A stretch of DNA of 63,951 nt, filler included, from an uncultured bacterium (GTDB taxonomy: Bacteria > DAOPZR01), in the NCBI GenBank assembly GCA_964637655.1. It is 4 parts of 4 records of this genome, joined end to end, with 100 filler letters (N's around TTAATTAATTAA, not from the genome) between each part and the next. Parts side by side here need not be neighbours in the genome. Positions count along the whole stretch, not along the records: positions 52,346 to 63,951 come from CAZWUZ010000106.1; 3 more parts are not named here. One strand, written 5' to 3'. This document shows positions 57,502 through 63,951 of this stretch, one piece after another. Position 1 is the stretch's first letter; the number at the start of each line of letters is the position of its first letter. A model generated the notes under the pieces. It worked only from the letters and a program-made list of their open reading frames with translations. It was not told the origin of the DNA and did not search any database. Position numbers and translations under genes: made by a program.

Positions 57502-59690
57502 CCGGCGGGGGTGCCCTCGCGGCCGATGATAACCTCCTGCAGGCGCGTGGCGAGATGTGAATGGCGGTGGGTGCTGTAGCGCAGCGCCGCCTTGACCACG
57601 TCATAGGGCATGATCATCACCAGTTTCTCCTGCGCGCGCGTCATCGCGGTGTAGAAGAGGTTGCGGTTGAGCAGGAAGTAGCACCCCGCGCGTGTGGCAA
57701 GGAAAATGACCGCGCGGTTCTCGCTCCCCTGCGCCTTGTGCACGGTCATCGCGTAATTGAGCACGATGCTCTCCAGCGCCGGTTCGGGCACCCGCACGGT
57801 TTTCCCGTAGAACTCGATGTCCATCGCGCGCGTCGTCGCGTCCTGCCCGAGCACATAGCCGATATCACCGTTGAACAGGTCGAGGGTGTAGTCGTTGCGC
57901 CGCTGCATCACCTTGTCGCCGCGGCGGAACTCCCGGCCCAGCGCGACAAAACTGTTGTCCGCGGCGCGCGGGTTGAGCAGGTCGCGCAGACGGATATTGA
58001 GCGATGACACCGAGATGTCGCCGCCCCCCTTGTTGAGCGGGGTGAGCACATGGATGTCGCGGATGGGGTCGTACCCCTCCGCGCGCAGCGTGGCCACGGC
58101 TTCCTCCAGCGCGCGCAGCATCTGCTGCGGGTCGGCCGTGTCGACGAAGCGGAAATCGGGTGTGTCACGCACGGGAAAGGGTTTTTCGAGGTTGATCAGC
58201 CCGGCATTGCGCAGGATGGTCGAGTTGCGCGCCTGCCGGAACACCGCGGTCAGCACCACCTGCGGGATGGCATAGGCGGAAGCGAGCGCGGTCAGCACGT
58301 TGCCCGCCTCGACTGACGGAAGCTGGTAGGGGTCGCCGATGAGCACGAGGCGCACGTCCGGGGCCAGCCCGTCGAGGATGGCGCGCAGCAGCAGCAGGTC
58401 GAGCATCGATGCCTCATCGATGATGAGGCAGCCCGTCACGAGCGGGTGCTCCGCGTCGACGCGGAAACCGCGGTGCGGCACGGCGCGGAACAGGCGGTGT
58501 ACCGTCTGCGCGGGGACGCCGGTCAGCGACTGCAGTTTCCACGCCGCCTTGCCCGTCGGGGCCGCCACCTTGAACTCGCTGCCGAGGCGCTGCAGCACGG
58601 CGAACAGGCCGCGGCAGAGAGTCGACTTGCCCGTGCCGGCGGCACCGGTGATGATGCATACCGGCTGGCAGACGGCGGTGCGGATGGCGGTTTTCTGCTC
58701 GTCGCTGAAAGCGAGGTGCAGGTCGCGCGCGCAGGCATCAATGAGCAGGTCGAGTGACGGCAGGTCGCGCGGGGGCCGGGCGAGCCGCGCGGCGAGCAGC
58801 TGCGCCACCGCCTGCTCCGCTTCGTGGTAGGCGGGGAGGTAGACGCGGTCCTGCTCGATGACTACCTGTTCCGCGGCGAGTACCTGCGCCTCACACCACG
58901 CGCGCGGCAGTCCGAGCAGGTCGCTGATGCCCTTCACCAGTTCGTTGAGGTAGAGGAAACTGTGCCCGGTCTTGGCCATGGTCGCGGTGATGACGAACCT
59001 GACGGCGGCAGCCGCGCGCTCGTCCGCCAGCGGGTCGAGTCCCGCCTGCTGCGCGATGGCGTCCGCCGTGCGGAACCCGATCCCCTTGAAATCGCTGATG
59101 AGACGGTAAGGATGCTGGCGCACCTGCTGCGCCGCGTTGTCGCCGTATTTACGGTAGATGCGCCCCGCGCGCAGCGGGGAGAAGCCGAGCAGGATGAGGT
59201 CGCGCAGGGAGGTATCGGCTCCGCGCACGCTGCTGACGATGCGTTCGCGTACCGCCGGCGTGATCCCTTCGATTTCCGCCAGGCGGTGGCTCTCTTCGCT
59301 GATGACGCGCAGCGCGTCGGCCCCGAAAGCGCTGACGATGCGGGTGGCCAGCGTTTCGCCCACCCCGTCGATGGCGGCGATCAGGTAACGTGCCACCGCT
59401 TCGCGCGTGTACGGGGTTTCCGGGGTGAACTCGTCAACCTCGAGACAGGCGCCGAAGCGCGGATGCTGCGTGCGGGTGCCGCGGGCGCGGATGCAATCAC
59501 GCGGCTGCACCTGCGGCAGGTAGCCGGCCAGGGTGTGTTCCGTGCCGTCCGCCGCGGTGAGCGTGACCACTTTCCAGCCGGTGTCGGGGTTGGCGAAAAT
59601 GACGGCGCCAACGGTGCCCGCCACCTCGGCGCCGCGCGCCTCGCGCTCGGTGACGAAGTCGAAGACGAGCTGCCTACTGCGCCGGGACAC
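57489..59690 (-). CDS. recD2: RecD2-like ATP-dependent SF1B DNA helicase
   Basis: GTG after GAGGAGG; HP.FG, HhH GIGFRTAD, GAAGTGKST, IIDEASM, GD..QLPSV, YAMTVHKAQGSE, YTAMTRA. Confidence 0.92.
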   Translation of the reverse strand: MSRRSRQLVFDFVTEREARGAEVAGTVGAVIFANPDTGWKVVTLTAADGTEHTLAGYLPQVQPRDCIRARGTRTQHPRFGACLEVDEFTPETPYTREAVARYLIAAIDGVGETLATRIVSAFGADALRVISEESHRLAEIEGITPAVRERIVSSVRGADTSLRDLILLGFSPLRAGRIYRKYGDNAAQQVRQHPYRLISDFKGIGFRTADAIAQQAGLDPLADERAAAAVRFVITATMAKTGHSFLYLNELVKGISDLLGLPRAWCEAQVLAAEQVVIEQDRVYLPAYHEAEQAVAQLLAARLARPPRDLPSLDLLIDACARDLHLAFSDEQKTAIRTAVCQPVCIITGAAGTGKSTLCRGLFAVLQRLGSEFKVAAPTGKAAWKLQSLTGVPAQTVHRLFRAVPHRGFRVDAEHPLVTGCLIIDEASMLDLLLLRAILDGLAPDVRLVLIGDPYQLPSVEAGNVLTALASAYAIPQVVLTAVFRQARNSTILRNAGLINLEKPFPVRDTPDFRFVDTADPQQMLRALEEAVATLRAEGYDPIRDIHVLTPLNKGGGDISVSSLNIRLRDLLNPRAADNSFVALGREFRRGDKVMQRRNDYTLDLFNGDIGYVLGQDATTRAMDIEFYGKTVRVPEPALESIVLNYAMTVHKAQGSENRAVIFLATRAGCYFLLNRNLFYTAMTRAQEKLVMIMPYDVVKAALRYSTHRHSHLATRLQEVIIGREGTPAGQLS

Positions 59691-60459
59691 GGTCAACCTC
59701 CTCGCGCGGCGGCTGGCAGGGGCGGAAGGCGGGGCAGAAACGGCAGTGCGGGCCGGGGGCGCGCGCGAATTCCCGGTCGTCACGGATGCGCTGCGCCAGC
59801 GTCGCGAGCGCGGCGAACCAGTCCTCGCGGTATGAAGTGCTGCAGGTCGCGTGGGTCTGGTCGCGCAGGTAGAGCAGGGTGAAGCGGAATTCGCGGTAGC
59901 GACGGCGGAAGAGATGATAGGCGGCGACGACATATGCCTGCGCCTGCAGGTCGCCGGCCACCTCGTCATCCGTCAGCTTGTTCCGGCCCGACTTGTAATC
60001 GATGATGTGCAGCAGCGGGGGCTGACCCGGCGGCGTCAGCAGGTCGATGCGGTCGACGCGCCCGGTGAGCGTGATGCTCCCGTCCGGGAGCAGCGGCACG
60101 CGAAACGGTTTCTCCAGGGCATAGACCTGCTGCGGATTGACCGCCCGTGCGGCAAAGCGGGAGAGGAGCAGGTCGGCCTCGGCGTATGAGCTTGCCCCGT
60201 CAGCAGGGAGGGAACCGTCGCGCAGGTCGCGGGCGATGGCGTAGAGGCGCACGCCGTCGCGCTCCTGACGGGAGCGCACCAGGTGGCGCAGGTAGCGGTC
60301 GAGCGCCTCGTGCAGGTAAAGGCCGAACGCGGTCTCGGCGGTCGGTCCGTCGCGCAGGTTCTCGCCGTAGGCGTAGTAGTAGCGGCGCGCGCAGCGGCAG
60401 TAGAGTTTCAGCTTCGACGGGGAAACGCTCGTCAGCGGGACGGGGCGCAGGTCGCTCAT
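59674..60459 (-). CDS. PD-(D/E)xK (RecB-family) nuclease with Fe-S cysteines
   Basis: SPSKL..Y.RCARRY, GRVDRID, IIDYKSG, Q...Y, HCRFCPAFRPC. Confidence 0.88.
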   Translation of the reverse strand: MSDLRPVPLTSVSPSKLKLYCRCARRYYYAYGENLRDGPTAETAFGLYLHEALDRYLRHLVRSRQERDGVRLYAIARDLRDGSLPADGASSYAEADLLLSRFAARAVNPQQVYALEKPFRVPLLPDGSITLTGRVDRIDLLTPPGQPPLLHIIDYKSGRNKLTDDEVAGDLQAQAYVVAAYHLFRRRYREFRFTLLYLRDQTHATCSTSYREDWFAALATLAQRIRDDREFARAPGPHCRFCPAFRPCQPPREEVDRVPAQ

Positions 60460-60493
60460 GACAGCGCGAGCATACACCACGCTGCCGCCGGCG

Positions 60494-63400
60494 TCAATCG
60501 ATGACGGCGATTTTCCGCGTGGTGGTTTCGCCCGAGGCGGTGTCGCGGATGACAGCCAGATAGACGCCGCTGGCGACCCGCTGCCCGCGCGCATTGCCCA
60601 GGTCCCAGCGCCAGCCGTACGAGCCGAGCCCGCCGGCGGTGCTGAGCAGTTCCGACGCGACGAGGTCGCCGGCCAGCGTGTAGAGCTTCAGTTCGAAGGT
60701 GCGGTTGACCGGCAGCAGGAACTTGACGCCGTAATTGCCGTGGGCGGCATGGCGGTCGCTGCGCCACGGGTTGGGGTAGACGATGATGTCGTTCATGCCG
60801 CTGACGGTGAGCGCCTGCGCCCCGAGGCGGTAGACCGAGAAATGGCGGACCTCGGCCCAGGCCAGCCCGGCGGCCTCGTCGACCGTGGTGGGGAGCACCA
60901 GCCATTCACCGGTGATGCCGTCGCTGTCCTCGTCACGCTCGTCGAGCAGCAGGATGACCAGCGCGCCGCGTTCATGCCAGGCCAGTCCCGGGGGAATGGC
61001 GAAACGCACGCGGGCGGGGAGGAGCAGGCCGGTGTCGTGCAGCGCCCCGTCACTCAGCCGCCGCACATGCAGTTCGGCAGTCAGTTCGCCGTCGCGGTCA
61101 ACCGGAAGGAATTGCACGCCGGGGGCACCGCCGGCCGCACGGCCATTGGCGGCGGTATAGGTGACGGTGTCCGTGGCGCCGGCGGCCAGGGTAAAGCCGA
61201 CGTCAGTGTCGAAGGCGCCGGCGGGCACGCTGATGCTGATGCCGGGTACGGACGGGTTGCTGACCGTGCCGCTGCCGCTGTCCGCGGCGCTGATGAACGT
61301 CAGCACGAAGGTTTCGGGGAACGTCGCCTTGAGGTTGGCGCAGGAGAGCACGGCGGCACCCGGGGCACGGCTGCGGACAAAGGCGCGGAGGATGCCGTCA
61401 GCGCCCGTCACGGTGCTGACATAGTCGATGGTGTCACCGCGGTCGGTCTGCAGTTTTACCGGCACCCCGGCCATCGGCCCGCCCGGGTTGGCGAGGTACG
61501 CCGTCACCTCGATGCCGTCGCTGCCGTCCGCCAGCGCGGTGGTGCGCGCGATGGTCAGCGACGACAGGTCAGCCACCGGGCTGCGGTCGCGGAAGAGCGC
61601 GTAGCGCGAGAAGTGCGTGGTGAAGAAGGTGATGGTGTTGGCGTCCGGGTCGACCACTCCGCCGTAATCGTCCCAGGTGCCTGCCGCGTCGTTCCACCAG
61701 AAGACCTTGAGCGAGGTCTCGTCCGCGGCGCCATCGGTGAGCCCCGCGGCGGCCAGGTCGGCGGCATCGTAGTGGAGGATGACCATGAGGGGGGTGGACG
61801 ACTGGAACCCTTCGGGCCAGAACTCGCGCGCCACGCCCGTGGCCACCATGGTGTCGTAGGCGGTGCCGGGATCGACGAGGCCGGATGACGAGGTGCGGAT
61901 GACCGTGCCCGCGGCGAGTTCGTCACCGGCGCTGACCACCGCCACGGTCACCCCGTTGTCGATGAGGATGCCGCCGCTGCTGCTGATGTATGCCTCCCCC
62001 GCGAGGTCGTAGGTGCGGATGGTGGCGCGGTTCCCCACCCAGTGGAGGGAGGCGGGCTGCAGCGTCCCCGCGTCGGGCCAGGAGAGCGACAGCTCGTTGG
62101 CCGCGGCCCCGAGCATGGTCAGTTCCGCGTAGGTGTCGTAGGTTGAGCCCGCCCCGTCATTATTGAGAAAATCGAGGTTGCCGACATAGCGCATGACGAT
62201 GTCAAAGTTGGTCGCAGCAAGGGCGCCATTGGGATCGGTCAGAAACGCGTTGAGGTCGAACGACGCGGTGCGGTCGACCGCGTAGGAGATAATCTTCCCG
62301 TCGCGGCTCCATTGCGGGCTGCAGTAGACGGTATCCGCATGGTCGTCGGCCTGCCCGAAGTCCTTGTCCGCGCCCGTCGCCACCGTATCGGTGATTGTCT
62401 GCGGACTGATGCGCACGAGGTGGGCGCCCCACGCCTCGGCGATGGCGCCCGCGGCGATATAGTTCGCGGCGTTCTTCAGCACCCAGATTTCCGACTGGAA
62501 GATGTTGCGGGTGGCGTCGCCGTCAGAAATCTCGCGGAAGTCGTAGCGGGTCATCGCCAGGTGTTTTCCGTCGGGCGACCAGACCGGTTCCGCCCAGTAG
62601 TAGGAGCGGTACGAGGTGCGGTCAGCGCGCGGGTTGCGCAAGCTGCCCGGGGCCTGCTGCCCGCTGCTGTAGCCGCGGATGATGCGTGCGGTGTAGGGGT
62701 TGTCCGGCACGCGGTCGACATAGTCGACCTCCATGGCGTATTTGCCCGACCAGAGAACAAGGTCGCCGTTCTCACTGCAGGCGGCATTGAGCGTGTAGCC
62801 GCCGGCGAGCGCGATGCCGCTGTCGGACACGTCGGGGGTCCAGGAATTGAGATAGCCCGCCTCGGGGGAGCGGTTGACCCAGGCGGTATTGGTCTTCCAC
62901 GTGTCGCTGCCGTCGGCTGCGACCACCATGATCCCCCAGAAGGGTGAGGGATAGCCGGTGACATAGCCGCCGAAAATGACGTCGTCGTCGCCGTCCTGGT
63001 CGAAGTCGGCGATGTTGACCCGCCCGAAGGGGCAGGGATTCATGGTGCGCGAACTGACCATGACCGAGTCGCCGGTGTAGCGATCGATGACGTAGACGCG
63101 GCGGTCGGTGCAGGGTGCTCCCCTGACCGTGCCGAAATCACCCTCCACCAGTCCCAGCGACAGGCCGTCATTGCTCCAGTTGAGCCCGGTGATGGTCCAG
63201 GTGTCGGCAGTGACCGTTTGCGCATAAAACTCGTCGATGCCGGCAATCGAGGAGATGTAGGTGTCGCCGTCAAACGCGCTCCAGCCGCCGACCGCGAAGA
63301 ATCGCACCAGCGCGGTGTCGGTGAGCGCCACGGTGTCCTCGGCCGTGCAATAGCCGCTGCAGGTGACGTCGTTGACCGTGGTCGAAGTCAGGGTTGCGGT

Positions 63401-63951
63401 GTACTGCCCGCTGCCGTCCGTGTAGCCGGTGGCATTCTGCACTGTGGCGCTGCCTGCCCCGACGATGATGGTGACGCGGTGGGCGGGGACGGGCTTGCGG
63501 TCGGCGGTGAGCAGGGTCACGGTGACCAGCGCCGTGTCGCTGCCGTCGGCCTGTGCCCCGGTCGCCTCCAGCGTGCTGCGCGCCAGCGCGTTGCTGTTGA
63601 CATGGCCCGGGGTGCCGTTGGGGATGCCCGATACGGCCCAGTTGGCGTCGTCGGTGCCGAGTTCAGACGGGCAGTCCTTTTCCACCGAGCAACTGTCGCC
63701 ATCGCCGCCCCAGGCGGGCTTATACTCACTGGTGTCGTGAGTCGCCCCGGTTGAATCGGAGACCGCGATGGTGCCGCCGGTATTGGCGAGAGCGAAAGCG
63801 GCCCAGCGCACCACCGGGACCCCGGCGAGGTCGTAGCCAAGCGCCGGCTCATACAGGCCGCTGGTGGTGGTGTCACGGGCGATGACCACGTAGCCGTACG
63901 GGCCGACCTGCGCGTAGCCGGCCGGGATGGTATACCAGCCCTCGCCGTTCT
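60494..63951 (-). CDS. Large secreted/surface protein (lamin-tail, invasin Ig-like and TolB-like segments; T9SS/FlgD-Ig C-terminal domain), 5' end beyond the window
   Basis: NW.....P.GTPG..NS; ADGSD...VTVT...TD..G; PVWSPDG; VYPNP...IYT..G.LV...WD..N..G..VASGVY...TRKIAVI. Confidence 0.75.
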   Translation of the reverse strand, partial: NGEGWYTIPAGYAQVGPYGYVVIARDTTTSGLYEPALGYDLAGVPVVRWAAFALANTGGTIAVSDSTGATHDTSEYKPAWGGDGDSCSVEKDCPSELGTDDANWAVSGIPNGTPGHVNSNALARSTLEATGAQADGSDTALVTVTLLTADRKPVPAHRVTIIVGAGSATVQNATGYTDGSGQYTATLTSTTVNDVTCSGYCTAEDTVALTDTALVRFFAVGGWSAFDGDTYISSIAGIDEFYAQTVTADTWTITGLNWSNDGLSLGLVEGDFGTVRGAPCTDRRVYVIDRYTGDSVMVSSRTMNPCPFGRVNIADFDQDGDDDVIFGGYVTGYPSPFWGIMVVAADGSDTWKTNTAWVNRSPEAGYLNSWTPDVSDSGIALAGGYTLNAACSENGDLVLWSGKYAMEVDYVDRVPDNPYTARIIRGYSSGQQAPGSLRNPRADRTSYRSYYWAEPVWSPDGKHLAMTRYDFREISDGDATRNIFQSEIWVLKNAANYIAAGAIAEAWGAHLVRISPQTITDTVATGADKDFGQADDHADTVYCSPQWSRDGKIISYAVDRTASFDLNAFLTDPNGALAATNFDIVMRYVGNLDFLNNDGAGSTYDTYAELTMLGAAANELSLSWPDAGTLQPASLHWVGNRATIRTYDLAGEAYISSSGGILIDNGVTVAVVSAGDELAAGTVIRTSSSGLVDPGTAYDTMVATGVAREFWPEGFQSSTPLMVILHYDAADLAAAGLTDGAADETSLKVFWWNDAAGTWDDYGGVVDPDANTITFFTTHFSRYALFRDRSPVADLSSLTIARTTALADGSDGIEVTAYLANPGGPMAGVPVKLQTDRGDTIDYVSTVTGADGILRAFVRSRAPGAAVLSCANLKATFPETFVLTFISAADSGSGTVSNPSVPGISISVPAGAFDTDVGFTLAAGATDTVTYTAANGRAAGGAPGVQFLPVDRDGELTAELHVRRLSDGALHDTGLLLPARVRFAIPPGLAWHERGALVILLLDERDEDSDGITGEWLVLPTTVDEAAGLAWAEVRHFSVYRLGAQALTVSGMNDIIVYPNPWRSDRHAAHGNYGVKFLLPVNRTFELKLYTLAGDLVASELLSTAGGLGSYGWRWDLGNARGQRVASGVYLAVIRDTASGETTTRKIAVID

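Overview
GC-rich, draft-quality sequence from a diderm bacterium (TolC, porin, T9SS-like PorV/PorQ and C-terminal sorting domain). At least four contigs are joined by artificial N-TTAATTAATTAA-N linkers (17815-17914, 35325-35424, 52246-52345), with two more N gaps, so adjacency across linkers means nothing. Contig 1 is a minus-strand run: two-component genes (one frameshifted), an orphan antitoxin, cysE, an acetolactate decarboxylase lipoprotein, NlpC/P60, an ABC transporter with an embedded STAS fusion, a PA14 protein, an AEP-primase/PriL-like fusion and an AbiEii-type nucleotidyltransferase. Contig 2 holds radical SAM enzymes, secreted proteins and a two-gene unit: a membrane PLD-like protein coupled to a PD-(D/E)xK Fe-S nuclease-GAF-GGDEF fusion. 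Contig 3 holds a release-factor homolog, a tandem cNMP protein, TolC/RND efflux genes, a Y1/RAYT transposase bracketed by 37-bp inverted repeats carrying perfect DnaA boxes, an MNT-HEPN pair, an S8 protease and diacetamido-uronic acid sugar genes. Contig 4 holds a porin-modA-(Phd/MocA fusion)-modABC operon, recD2 with a PD-(D/E)xK nuclease, and a large surface protein. Best candidates for undescribed systems: the nuclease-diguanylate cyclase unit, the Phd-MocA putative molybdenum regulator, the DnaA-box RAYT element and the AEP-PriL/AbiEii pair. All domain calls come from motif recognition by eye; no searches were run.
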